Positions 37,602 through 50,203 are shown, counted from the whole stretch's first letter. The stretch: DNA of 62,988 bases, filler included, from Rhabdomonas costata (GCA_019059605.1; 47 parts of 47 records of this genome joined end to end with filler, not necessarily neighbours in it); one strand, 5' to 3'. A program made the numbers and translations. Notes: generated by a model not told the origin, from the sequence alone.

Positions 37602-38810
37602 GTGGGTACTGGCTTGCATAAGCTTTGCTTTAGGGAAGTTGCAATGAAGCTCTGCCGCACGCAGAGATACAGCGACGCCTTGCGTGATGTGCTCGAGGAC
37701 TGCGTCGAGACTGAGACGGACGAGAACCGCCTCAAGCTCATCTTCAAATTGATTAAAATGGGCATCTGTGTCAATCATACCACTGGCTCCCTGGTTCCCT
37801 TGCACTATTTGGCCACAATGAAGATCCCTGAGGAGCATCTGCCCGAGCTGAAGAAGCTTCTTGTAGAAGCGAGGGCATGCGTGACAGAAAAGGCCAAATT
37901 CTCTTGCGTTCATGGGTGCCTCCCCATTACCAAGGGACAGACTCCCCTGGATATTCCCAAGACTCGTGAGATGCGGACGCTTCTGCAGGAAGTTCAAGAA
38001 GAAATTAGCAAAATCAGTGATTCCAAGCCTCAGCTGCACACGGTGCTGTGGATCAGCACAGACACCCTAGCAAAGGAAACAGAAAACGTTCGTACAGCCC
38101 TTGGCTCGAAAGACTTTGTCGAGGTGGACTACTTGGAGCTGAAGCTCGGCAGAGTGAAAACTCCGCTCTCTGGAGATCCCTGGCAAACCCAAGTTAGTAA
38201 AGTGCTGAACAAGAAAATGACGCACCTTGCCAAGGCCAGCCTGGAGGACCAGCCCTTGGAATGGCTGGTTGCCATTGTGGTGGAGTGGTCCGTAAAAGAA
38301 CACGCTGACCAAGTGAGCCACATCATCAACGTGTTGAAGGCTCACATTGGAGCTTGCTACAAGGAGCACCCGTACTGGCTGAAGATTATCTTGATGGTCC
38401 CTGACCTGAGGATCCAGCCTTCCAGCAACCGTACGGCGGTTTTTTCCACCGACGCGGCCACCCAGGACATCATTGTGCACACCCCGGTCGACGTGAACGT
38501 CTTCGCGCTCCACCGTGGTGCGACCGTGACTGACCCAGAGGACACCAAGGACTGCGACCTGGGAATTCAGCAGCTGAACTATCATCTGAACCAGGCCATG
38601 AAGTACTGCCGTCCCGTGGAGCCACCAAACCTCACTGTCCTGTGGATCTGCACCTCTGACAAGATCTCCTCATCGACCCTCAGTGCCCGGCAGACTCTGG
38701 ACGAGATGCGCGCGCTTCGTGTGGTGACCGTAGTCCTGGACACCATTGACCAAAGGGATGTCCGTGCGTGGCTCAGTGGGGTGCTGGAGGAGTACCTGGA
38801 ACCGGTACCG
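37602..38810 (+). CDS. Ankyrin-like segment followed by a tandemly duplicated unknown alpha/beta domain; open at both ends
   Basis: Uninterrupted frame of about 400 aa. GICVN...PLHYLA...LKKLLVEARA...GQTPLDI is ankyrin-like; TVLWI recurs about 200 aa apart. Confidence 0.75.
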
Positions 38811-40676
38811 GGCTCCAGGTACTCCTCCAAAACCCCAACNNNNNNNNNNNNNNNNNNNNNNNNNNNNNNNNNNNNNNNNNNNNTTAATTAATTAANNNNN
38901 NNNNNNNNNNNNNNNNNNNNNNNNNNNNNNNNNNNNNNNTCAGTAACCCATGGACGCATGAGGTGAAATTGAACCAAGGCGCTCGATCCGCGATGTAACT
39001 CAGCCATGATGGGACCACGTGTTACGTTGACCCTATGCGCAGGAGTCGCAGTGAGATACCCTGCGTAGTTGGGCGTAGGATGAAAGCCCTGGTGATGGAG
39101 GCCAGGCTATAGCGTAAACCAGCCCCGCATGAGGCAAGGCGCGTGGTGGCCGGTGGTATATGCCACTCAACCCACGTAGCTGAGCCCGATGTTGGTGCCT
39201 GGGGTGAGCTTGCTGTGTAACCATACCTATACGTATGGCAATGCCTGTAAGCCCCAGGGAGTCTGGAGCTGCATCACATCCCGTAGGAGGCTGTGTGCTG
39301 GACTTAGCATAGTAGGTACAACCGTACGTATGTGTATCGGTACAACCACTACTAAGGATCCCACGTGCAGTAGTACTAGCGATGTTGATGTTGGTCACAG
39401 CAGTCCTACCACTGGAGGTTGCACTACCGCATAGTTGGCACAGCACCACAGATGGCATGGATGCACTCGACCCACTCCATACACCCTATGCCATGGTGGT
39501 TGATGCGACACACCTGGTAATAGCATTGGTGCTAGAGGTACGTGATGATCGATGTTGTTACCCGTAGGACCGCTCCAATCACCAGATGTCATCATAGTCC
39601 CTTGGTGATACCATTCTGTAACGGAGGCTGCCAAGACCGACATGCAACATCCCTTCCTTCCACCCTCCAGAGGTGAGTGCGTAGAAGGAGTAAAGGGTGA
39701 TGTTGACATGATGGCTATGCGATGCTGGTGGTTGAGACCTGCTGCCTGTGAGGCGAAGGAGTGGAAGAAGTGAAACCACCACCAGACACACAGTGCATGC
39801 CAGGAGTGACACGAAGCCTCTACCATCAACGTAAGCCTAAACCTAAGCGTAACCTTCACTGAGGGTATTCGCTACGGCTACGCCAAGGACGGAGTGACAC
39901 GTACCGGCTTATGCCGGGGAGTGGAACGAAGTGACGCGTATGGTGATACGTTGATGGAAGGACCGACCGAAGGCACCTTATGATGGCGTAGGGAGGGACG
40001 TGTAGTGGTTGAGAGTGATAGGAGCAAACCACCAGCAGCTGCGTTGTTATTACTGGCCCAAAAACACCACCTTAAGACCGAAACCCAAATACCCAAATAC
40101 CCGATGAATTGAAACACTCGACTCGGAGACACGAATACCAACACCAATACGAATACCGAACCCCAAATACCGAACTCAGAAGNNNNNNNNNNNNNNNNNN
40201 NNNNNNNNNNNNNNNNNNNNNNNNNNTTAATTAATTAANNNNNNNNNNNNNNNNNNNNNNNNNNNNNNNNNNNNNNNNNNNNGGGTTTTGGGTCCAATTG
40301 GGATTCCTTAAGAGGATGTCAGTGGTGGTGATGACAGAGGATGATGTGGACCCGAAGGAGGTGGTGATGAGCCATCCCAATGAGGACCCGTACTAGCGGA
40401 GGAGGAATCACGGGTGGACACAGGTTGTCATAGAGTTCCTTCCAAGAGAACCGGAACTTGACCACACAGAGTTAGTGAGAAGAGGTCCAGTCAGTCAGGT
40501 CGAACTTCAGGAGTTTCTGAATGGTCGCCGAAATCGTTGTCGAGAAGTAGCCGAGAGAATTATCTGAAGACGAACCAGAAACTGGTTCAGAAAGGACGAA
40601 GTTTTCAAAAGGCCAGTTTCGTGGAGAGTATTCTATTCCTGGAAGTGAATATGGTCGAGAAAGTGGTCGATATGTG

Positions 40677-41251
40677 ATGTTCGACGAAGAAGACCCAGAG
40701 CGGGTGCCGGAAGAGCTGAAGAACTAGCCGAGGAACGGGAGCCCAGACCCGTCGAATTGGAAATGGGAGGAGACGATGAGGATGAGGAAGCTCCAGAAGA
40801 ATAAATTGAGGAGTTAGATTCAATGGTAGAGTTTGCAGTGGAGAGGAGGCGTGGGCGTGCTAGCCCTGAACCCCAGTTCCAGAACCAGATTAATGTTAGG
40901 CAGTGGATCGAGCAGCTGAAGGAATCTGACCTGCCAATAGGTTGGATTAACGAAGAGGAGGTGGCGTCCAGCGGAATTATATGACCAAAAGTTGCAGTGG
41001 ACGCAGAGAAGGTTGCCGAGCCAAGAGGGCCGAGTGGTTATGCAAGATTTTTGCAGTGGAAAGAGGCTGTGAACCAAAAGGGGGCTTTGGAAAGGTCGTC
41101 TCAAACCGAGGTCTTAGAAGGCAAAGCCAGAAATCAGGAGACTGGAAGGGGCCGTTCCCGAGCCGCCTGCGCCGCGAGATTTGACCGGGAGCGTTTGATA
41201 AGATGTCGAGGAACTTTCAAGATTGCTAGAAGTGTTGAGAGAACGACATAG
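40677..41251 (+). pseudogene. Decayed purine-rich ORF, possibly a transposon gag-like remnant
   Basis: A single protein-like, Glu/Arg-rich frame of about 190 codons broken by a TAA and a TGA. No diagnostic motif. Confidence 0.25.
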
Positions 41252-42033
41252 AGACGGCGAAGAAGGGTATGACGAATTGTTGAAGCTGTCCAGAGCAGCT
41301 AAGGAGGAGTTGACTGGCCGTGGAAGTCCAGAAGGTTCCGGCTAGGTGCTATGCTATCAGATGGTGTGGAAGAAGACGCTTATGAGAGGTGATGCTAAGA
41401 AGGATTCAGATAGAGCACTCTAAGCCTGTGTTCAGTCCGGAAGAAGAGGTGAACACAGGCTTAGAGTGCTCTATCTGAATCCTTCTTAGCATCACCTCTC
41501 ATAAGCGTCTTCTTCCAAACCCCACNNNNNNNNNNNNNNNNNNNNNNNNNNNNNNNNNNNNNNNNNNNNTTAATTAATTAANNNNNNNNNNNNNNNNNNN
41601 NNNNNNNNNNNNNNNNNNNNNNNNNGAAACGGGTGCTCATTTTCGTTGAAGCTGTCTTTTGTTGTGTGCGGTTGTGGTTATTTGTGTTTCTCTATCGTTT
41701 GGATGCGTGAAGCGCGGGTAGGTGTGTGTGTTTGTGTGGATAGATAAGCGTGAGCTGTTTTCTCCATTCCGCATTATTGAGGCGAATTTTGGTATCATGT
41801 CTCTGTGTGTGTGTGTGTGTTTATTATTGTGAAGTCAGCTATGAGCAGCTATGAGGAACGTGCAATACTGGGAGGGTGCTTCTAACCAGAGGCTTTTCGG
41901 CGTGTGTGTCCGTCTTTCGCTCGGCCAGCGCAGGTTCACAGTATGAACCAATGCGTACAGAAGCAGTCACAGACTGACAAGCAGAGTCTGCTCGAGCAGA
42001 CTCCCGTTTTTTTGTTTTGTTTTGTATTGTCAG

Positions 42034-42153
42034 GGGTACATTCACTACGCCTGTGGCGAGTGTGGGGCGCGATGGAGGGTGATGACGGCGAAGCGCCGGC
42101 TTGCCCTGCAAGAGGAGCAGGAGGAGGTCCAGGCGGCGCAGCCCTTCTTCTGA
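42034..42153 (+). CDS. Terminal exon with a CxxC zinc-ribbon half motif
   Basis: Long T-rich tract plus cag, then GYIHYACGECGARWRVMTAKRRLALQEEQEEVQAAQPFF*. Confidence 0.45.
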   Translation, partial: GYIHYACGECGARWRVMTAKRRLALQEEQEEVQAAQPFF

Positions 42154-42968
42154 AGACCTCATCAACCTTCAAGGGCACTACAGCAGCAGCTGTGCAGTCG
42201 TAATGCGATATTTCTACACGTACGCGCGCGCACCCCTTCCGCTTCCCAACCCTTTCCACCCCACTCCCCCCCATCGTGCTCGTGTCTGCTTTCTGCTTTG
42301 CTTGTTTCAGCTCAGTCCCTCACAGTTCGAACCCTACTGCTGTTGCTTTCATGCACCAACGCCGACCGCACAGCGGGTCGCTCTTCATCACAGGAAGCGA
42401 CGAGCAATCGGCGGCGCATGGTGCGCTTGCCCCCACTCCGTATATAGCTTGCCCCGCGGGTGGGGGCTGCGTCGCCCTCTCACAAACTTCCTTTTTTGCC
42501 TTGTTCTTATGTGTTTGTGCTTGGCGCGTGAAGGAGAGGCATTGGGCTGGTTTCCCTTGAGAGAGGGGACACCATTGGACTTGTCGCTGGGTTCGCGGTC
42601 GTCCCTTTCCTTGTGTTTGCCACAGCCTTTTGATTTCCTTGCGCTGCTCCGCTGCGTCGTCCCTAACCACTCGTTGCAGCAACGCTTCCCTCCGCCCCTC
42701 CCCGCACGCGCGTCTGTTTCCGCTCTGCCCTCCCAGTTCGAACCATGCGGCCACTGCTACTACAATTTTTTTAGATGATCCCGCGGTCGTTCGCAGCTAT
42801 GCCTTTTCTCGCCCTTCTGTCATCTGCTTGCTGCTGACATTGGCCCATACCCCCACACTGCAGTTCCCNNNNNNNNNNNNNNNNNNNNNNNNNNNNNNNN
42901 NNNNNNNNNNNNTTAATTAATTAANNNNNNNNNNNNNNNNNNNNNNNNNNNNNNNNNNNNNNNNNNNN

Positions 42969-43097
42969 CGTGGAGCTGAAGTCGGGCTCCACAGTACTCG
43001 CGAACCCCCGCCCCCCTGCGCGGCACTCCCTCAGCCAGACCACCTGGCACCGCGGGCCCAGCCCCAGCAGAAGCGGCCGCAAGGAGGCAGCCCACAT
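42969..43097 (-). CDS. Probable N-terminus of a mitochondrion-targeted protein
   Basis: MWAASLRPLLLGLGPRCQVVWLRECRAGGRGFAST has an R-G-F-A-S cleavage-like end. A pyrimidine-rich ctgcag about 20 nt upstream of the ATG could be a trans-splice acceptor. Confidence 0.4.
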
Positions 43098-44977
43098 CGC
43101 AATAGTTCTCTCTCTGCTGCAGAGCAGAGAGGCACACGGTAACAAGGCCTCCGACAAATCAAACCCTCTTTTCCGCTCTCAACACCCGAGAAATGGAAGC
43201 GGGAGAGACGAGGCCACAAGTACTGAAGACCAACAAACGAATGAAGAGCCATTGCTCCCGAGCACACCAAACTTGCTTCTTCAGTCCAAGTACGTCCGAT
43301 GCGGTGTTGTGGGATTTTGCCCAACAGGTGCCCTTTGCACTGAAGACAGCGAAAAGTGAAAAGCGGGGGTGGCAGATGACGCATGCGAAGCTCGTCTTAT
43401 AATTCCATCCGCCCCGCTCCCAGAATTCAACCCGAGATGCCAAGAAAAGAGGGACACCGAGTTCAACGTTCAACGTTTGTCGTGACAAACGTGTCCAGTG
43501 ACACCACCAACAACAACTCACGTCTTCGGTGTGCACAACAATTGGTGCACAGTAACGCAGTCACAGAAAACCAATGCACACGTATACGCTACGCTTCTTG
43601 GCACAATGAACACAAAACCGAATAGTGGAGAAAGGATTCAAATTAAAGGAAGAAGAAAGGGGAAAAACCCCTCAGGAGACCTGAGGAGAAACTACTCTCT
43701 CTGTTCCACATCCAGAAATGGGGAAAACGGAGCAGGTGTTTCCTTCTCAGCGCCCCAAAAGAGAGGCATAGAGAGGCGGAGCAGTTTCCAGCAATGCACA
43801 GGAAGGTGCTCGGTGCGTTGGGCGCAAAGGTCATCACACCGACCACCGCTGTTTCGGACCGAAAACAACGGAGGCAGTGTCTATAAAAAGGAAACGCGCA
43901 AGTCACCGAGCGCTCCTCTGCAAAAAAGGGTGCACTTGAACCGGCCTACGACAAAACACTCCTCACCCCATCCATGGTCAGCAGTGGTGGTCGCTGCTGC
44001 ACATAAACGTGTAAAAGGGGGTGGGGGTACCCGAAACTCCAAACTTGCCACGCAGGATATGATACAACGAAGACTCAGAAATGAAGGTTGGGAAGGGGGC
44101 AGAGATCGATACAGAAAAGTCAAGCCCCGCCTCCCCACCACAAAAGACCAACCCAAAAGCAATGGCGCGGGGCAAAGGCACGCGAACCCCAAGGGAAATA
44201 CCAACCCACCNNNNNNNNNNNNNNNNNNNNNNNNNNNNNNNNNNNNNNNNNNNNTTAATTAATTAANNNNNNNNNNNNNNNNNNNNNNNNNNNNNNNNNN
44301 NNNNNNNNNNTGTGGTGTGTAAGACGCCATCAAGGATGTCACCCTTGCGCCATCCAAAAGGCACACTGCAAACCATGGATTAAGTCAAGATGCACATAGT
44401 TAGCCGGTTTCAGCACACTCATCGGCTCTTGCGCGCCAGAATCTCGGAACGAAATGTGGACTCATCATGTCATGGCGACATAGAGAGGACACAACCTTTA
44501 CTCCTAAGGTAGCAGGGCGCAGGAAAATACTTTTGGTTGATGCTCTAAGGGTCAAAGTTGACGAGGGCTAAGCCGAACCAGGCCTGGGGTCTTTTGTATA
44601 TACAACAGGCCTCCCGAAACGCTGCGTGGCCGGTCCTTGGGGTCATGAGAGTCCCGACCTTTGGCCCCTTGGCGGCTCCTCTAAAACTCATCAGGTTGCA
44701 GCATACGAATCGACCCCTATCCTTCCCCCGGTCAGCCCACCAAGTAAAAGCGTGCAACAATCGGTCGAAAGCAATGACGGGACAACCGGTTCGGGGTTCG
44801 GGTTCCTTTTCCGCTTTCCATCGCATCCCTCAAGCCCCTCCCCGCCCTATTCTCAGAGAATCAACGGAGCTTTACTCCTATTCAACTGCGCACCCTCACA
44901 GAGATAATAGAGACGCCCTATTCCATCCAAAACTCGTTCCACAACGCATCGTACATTTCTCTCCTTCTTTCTGTGCC

Positions 44978-45222
44978 TTAGAACACCACCAGCTCGCGGC
45001 CCTCCCGCAGGAAGGGGTCGATCGAGGCGTGGCCCTCGCGCATCCCCCCCAGCTGCCTCACTCCGCAGGAACCGATCTGCTCCGAGGTGCACGTACCCTT
45101 CGTCGCGGTGCCGCAGGAGCCCAGCAGGAGGCCCTTGGAGCGGACCTCCGCGAGAAGGGTGCGGATCTTCTCCTGCGCGTTGCCGCAGCCGCCCATGTTG
45201 CAGGAGTCCTTCACCGAGGGGG
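44978..45222 (-). CDS. DsrE/DsrF-like family protein, terminal exon
   Basis: IRTLLAEVRSKGLLLGSCGTATKG...GVRQLGGMREGHASIDPFLREGRELVVF* resembles the C-terminus of small prokaryotic DsrE-like proteins (GL..xCxxC...G..L..M.GHxS......G..I.TF*). Preceded by acceptor gttcag. Confidence 0.5.
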
Positions 45223-46143
45223 CTGAACGAAACATAAACAATAAAATGATCCTCCCCCCCCACGCTCGAATTGGTCTGCTGAACTGAATGCATGCTGTTG
45301 GGGTTCATGCCACTTTGAATACTTTGAATGAGTGAGGGTGTCCCAATTTCTGCGTATACGCAAACGATGTAGCCACACCTGTTTCTGAGCATCGTGCGAA
45401 CCAGCGCAATTCTGATTCTCAGCCGCCAATCTTCACAGATACTCGCAATCTACCCGCTCCCCAAATTCGACGTGCCTTCCCACACACCCAGTGCCCTCAT
45501 CAAGGAAAGGGAAGAAACAAAAAGAAATGCACATACGGTGCAGCAGAGTGAGNNNNNNNNNNNNNNNNNNNNNNNNNNNNNNNNNNNNNNNNNNNNTTAA
45601 TTAATTAANNNNNNNNNNNNNNNNNNNNNNNNNNNNNNNNNNNNNNNNNNNNGGTTGGGTGTGGGGAAGGGCACAGCCTCAGCGCAGCACACCCTCAGTG
45701 CAACCATACTTGGGTCCGTCAAATTCACCGTAAATGAGGGGGTTAGTACGAATGACGAATGCCCACATATTGAATTAATGGATCATCATCGAAGTTATTC
45801 ATCACTGATGAATCGACAATTCCCATTGGCCAGAGATGTAAGACATCTTCTTATGCTGCCGCGAAGTGCCCTCGATTCATATTTCAGGTATATTCCAGGT
45901 ATTAATTATTTACAATGAAATTAGAAAAATCTGCAGCAAGTCCATGTTAGCTCCCGTGTAGTGATGGATCCACACCCGCTCTTTTTGTGAAGAAAAAATC
46001 TTGAATCAAGGAGAGGGCCCTGTCTGGGACAAGAACCTATATTGAAAAATGGGATGGGCGGAATTTAAGTCGATGCGATGCACTTTCCTTGACCCCCCCC
46101 CAAAAAAAGCAGAAGCAAAATGTGAAGAAACGAAACGAGATAC

Positions 46144-46408
46144 CGACTAAAAACATGGAACCGCAGAGGGAGCAGATGTTTCCCATCGTCATGAGCACCC
46201 CGAAGAGAAGCAAGTTGGCAAAGGTCAGGAAGGACAGGATGGAGAGCAGAATGCCCACCCCAACGCAGACGGCAAACCCAATCACGCGCGTCTTGAAACT
46301 TAGAGAAGGGCACTGAAGAGCGGTTTCGTCTTCCTCCCCGCCACCGCCACTGGTCACATCTCTGGTGTAGTACATGGCTTTCTCCCGAAACTGACCCACG
46401 ATGTCCAT
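46144..46408 (-). CDS. SFT2: Vesicle transport protein SFT2-like, first exon
   Basis: CPSLSFKTRVIGFAVCVGVG...FGVLMTMGNICSLCGSMFLVG matches Got1/Sft2 (LSxxxRxxGF...GN..SL..xxFL.G). Donor gtatct. Confidence 0.88.
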
Positions 46409-47219
46409 TTTGAAGAGAATATATGAGTCCAAAAGCTTGAAGTGAAGCATCAGTGGAACCGAAAATCCTACTCGACCCAGAATACGAAGCTAAAGAACCT
46501 TGCCCTTTCCATCCTTGTTTAACAGCCCCTTGCACGTTACAATTTACCGTCTGTTACCGCCAGTCCCTTTCCACTTCGAAATGCGCAAGGTGCCCTTTGT
46601 TTTCAGTCTTATTCAGTCTTCAGTCGTGCTTTCAATATGAGGCCTGCCGGGTTGTAGATGTACTGTGTTGCCGCAGTGCGGTGACTTTCTGTGAGTCGCT
46701 ATGGCTGAGAATACAAACGACGGATGGGCAAACAATGCAACAGGCATCCCAAAAAAATACTTCGGATCCATTTTTGTCGACCATCTTTCTGAGTATTAAA
46801 AGGTGGTGGTGAACGGGCCCGTCCCCGAGGTTCGTTACAAAAAGTGCACCAGAGAGAGAGAGATAGTGTGTGTGTGTGTGTGTGTGTGTNNNNNNNNNNN
46901 NNNNNNNNNNNNNNNNNNNNNNNNNNNNNNNNNTTAATTAATTAANNNNNNNNNNNNNNNNNNNNNNNNNNNNNNNNNNNNNNNNNNNNGTTGTGTGTGT
47001 GCGGAGGCGCTCCCATGCGCCAATTTTTTCGATGCTCACCGACCTGAGCGCATAGCTCTGAAGAGATGGCTCAGCGAAGGGATTCCTCGGCACGAAAGAT
47101 GCCCTACCCGGCGGACAAATCACTCAATTTGGTTGCATTGGCCGTTGAATAACAGTGTGACAGACAACAGGATAACAGTCCCGCCCCTCCCACACCACCA
47201 CTCGGCACACCGCAGGACA

Positions 47220-47385
47220 ACGCATGCTTCTCGCCCTTGTGAGTGATGAAGTGCATGCTGCCGATCCGCCCGTAGGTGGCCTCCAGCTTCGAGCACAGGG
47301 ACTTGAAGGTGCACAGCACACTGACGGAAGTGGAGTGCCGGACCCCGTCCAGAAAGACCACCAGGGGGATGGAGAGGGAGGAGCC
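47220..47385 (-). CDS. Possible PB1/ubiquitin-like domain exon
   Basis: VVFLDGVRHSTSVSVLCTFKSLCSKLEATYGRIGSMHFITHKGEKHAL has a PB1-like beta-beta-alpha-beta pattern and GC3-rich codons. Confidence 0.35.
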
Positions 47386-48332
47386 CACCTGGGAGGGCTT
47401 GCGGCCCTGCGGCTTTGTCGGAATGGCTAACATCCTTCTGGCCCCTCCCCAACACTTTTCCGAAGGGCAGACAACAACGGGGGGAGGTTGAGGGTGGAGG
47501 ATGGGAAGTTACAGGAGGAGGGGGATCGCGGTGAGACCAGTGCGCAGCGGAGACGATAGGAAATGGTGGTGGAGGAAATGGAAAAGCGCGGGTGCTCTAC
47601 TTTCGAAACAAATATCTGCTCCTGCTCAATGAAGCAAACAAGGCCGCATACTCACTGTTCTCTTTCGCGGAGGACTACAAACTTCGAAAACCGCACGGGT
47701 GGCTTTAGCAATACTTCTCGACACATCTTGACGAAAGATGCAGCAAGACGCGATTGGCTTTGGAGGAAGTATCCCAAGCAAATCCATAACGCCAAATAAC
47801 TCGGGTCATGCTCCCCTCGGGTCTCCTCGTGTCACGTCTGCCTTCCAGAGATTTTCAAGCCCCCTACGCGCCTGCTCGCCTGCTCTAATCCCCACGCCTC
47901 TTTTAAATTTCTCAACAGATTTCTTCACTGGATCGAGGTTTCTTATCTCGTCTTTCGGCCCCGGGTCTGCTTCCGCCTGCTACCACCGCGACCGTGTTGC
48001 GTTTCCAGAACAGAATCCTTTTCACTGACTTCTGGACGTTCTCCAGTCCTTGCCTGCTGCTCAACCAGATCTCCAGAAGCTTCAACTCTAATCGACCTCA
48101 AGGTTTTCCCCCCAACAAACACACAAGTATTATAATAAAGACGCTTCGCAGCATAATTCTTCAGGCGTGGGTTGGATCTGCTGGTATTATCCTGGACTTC
48201 GAGGATAAATAAGGTTACGTCACACCCCAACNNNNNNNNNNNNNNNNNNNNNNNNNNNNNNNNNNNNNNNNNNNNTTAATTAATTAANNNNNNNNNNNNN
48301 NNNNNNNNNNNNNNNNNNNNNNNNNNNNNNNC

Positions 48333-49573
48333 TTTGGGGTGCCCTCGGCCTACCGCGGGGCCCAGGGCACCGCCGTGTGCGGGCTGTTCGGGTTGACGGT
48401 GCCTGCGCCTGCATGCCTGCCTGTGTCTGTGTAGGTTGGCTGGTAACTTCCATTTTTTATCGGTTTGACCGGAGCCGAACCGGAGGCCCTGGCAATCGGT
48501 CGTGGCCGATAAGGGTCCACAGTTCTTGTGATGGTAGTTCTCTTGATTTCTGATTACTTGCAGCTTTCCAGCCGCTTGCTGTATCAATGTGCCTGGGTTC
48601 TTCGGGGTCTTTTTCGGGCCTTTTCCATGGATTTCGAGACTGAGCAGGAGTTTTAGGTTTTTCATGCCTGCATACTAACCCTGGGGGGTTCGGGGGGTGC
48701 TTGGCACACCTAATGGCATAGTCCAGGAGTACTTTTTTCTGGCATCAGAGTGGGCCGCAATGCGTCGGTTTGTGCCTGCACTAGAGTTCCTTTTGGCTTT
48801 CGTATCGGAAAAAGGAATCCTTTATTCGGCAAACTGGTGTGCCCCGTGCACTTGTTTGGGATGCCATTTTAGCATCATTATGTGGTGAGATTCTTTTGCG
48901 CATTTTTTTTTCGCGTGCGATGTGGGCTGATTGTGAGCATGATATGAGAGGGGGGTCATCAGCGTGCGCAGGCAGGATGGACTGCGGAGAGGATATGGCC
49001 CCAACGAGTCCATGCTTCATCGTATAGTTGGGGAGCTCCGAGTCTTCCCAGGACCCCTTGCCCTGGCGAGCCGGGCACAACTTTTTAGTGTGTGGTGGCA
49101 TTCGGATTACTTTTCTCTCTCAGGTCGCGTGCACGGGGGCCAGTGAGAAAACCCTCAAGCGCGTGGGTCTGCCTTACCGCAAGGTACTCCCGTGCTGTTC
49201 CCCCAAATTCCCCCCCTCCCAGTCCAGATACCGCATAACGAACCTGCTCCTTTAGTCGCGAAAACACTACGGGAAATCCCCCACCAGCATCGAAGCGCTG
49301 CGTTTGTCTTCAAAATTATTATGTGTTGCCCATCTCCTCTGATGTGGGGAAGGCAGACAACTCTCCATGTGACCTTACACTGGGAACGGTATAGCAAGGA
49401 TGCCGTTTCCTCCCCCTTTCTTTTCCGTAGATGTCAATCTTCCTCTCATGAAGTGGGTCGACGCCTATGGTTCCAAGCCCTTATCGTGAGCGTCCGCTAG
49501 GTAGCCTGCACTTTGCCGCCCTTCCCTTGGCGCAGGTGTACACACACCCCTTTCACCATGCCTCGTACTACCC
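48333..49573 (+). CDS. cdr: CoA-disulfide reductase / NADH-dependent persulfide reductase family flavoprotein, dimerisation domain; exons 48333-48398, 49124-49183, 49536-49573
   Basis: Two phase-0 GT-AG introns give FGVPSAYRGAQGTAVCGLFGLT|VACTGASEKTLKRVGLPYRK|VYTHPFHHASYYP. This matches CoADR/Npsr YxGxQGTAxxxxFxLTVAxTGxxEKxLKxxGxxYxKVYxHxxxHAxYYPG. Confidence 0.88.
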
Positions 49574-49983
49574 NNNNNNNNNNNNNNNNNNNNNNNNNNN
49601 NNNNNNNNNNNNNNNNNTTAATTAATTAANNNNNNNNNNNNNNNNNNNNNNNNNNNNNNNNNNNNNNNNNNNNAGAGTTGGGGGTTTATAATGTGACCTG
49701 CTGCCGCACCTGACCACTCGGCAGGAGTTTCAAATGCGATTTCTGGAAGGGGCCAGAGGCAGAGCAAAAGAATGAGGGGGGGGGGTCCTTAAAATACATG
49801 CTCGAACACTGCGAAAACGTTGAGAAACCGATTTTGCCCCTCCGATAGGGGTCTGCCAAAGTGGGAATGAGTTTTTGGTGGTAGAACTGGGGAGACATCC
49901 TACTACGCTCTCTAATTGGGAATATGGGGAAAAAAGCACAGCAAAGTGTAACGAATTCGAAGGAACTCGAAAGAGACACTCAC

Positions 49984-50203
49984 CATAACGGAGCGCTCTT
50001 CTACTTCTCTCCCGAGCGGATCTCGTGGATCTCCTGAGAATAATACACCGCCACCGCCACCATCTCCACGGTCTTCCAAAGTGCTTTCCAGCACGGCTCG
50101 GGCCAGCTCCGCGAGCTCCCTGCGGTCCGCCACGCAGGGCAGCTCCACGCGATGCTTCAGCAGGAAGTGCTTCAGCTGGGGCACGGTCCACGAGGCGGGG
50201 TCG
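49984..50203 (-). CDS. SAP/LEM-like helix-extended-helix domain exon
   Basis: DPASWTVPQLKHFLLKHRVELPCVADRRELAEL, bounded by ccccag and gtgagt. Confidence 0.55.

Noticed and set aside
39830-40182. AACCT/AATACC-type short degenerate repeats as possible telomeric sequence
   Set aside because: No run of perfect TTAGGG/CCCTAA units; low-complexity sequence only.
40677-41251. In-frame TAA/TGA in a protein-like frame as evidence of an alternative genetic code
   Set aside because: None of the conserved gene exons contains an in-frame stop, so decay explains it better.
42101-44262. 225-aa and 254-aa ORFs
   Set aside because: Low-complexity UTR or intergenic composition (pyrimidine- or A-rich strands) with no domain signal.
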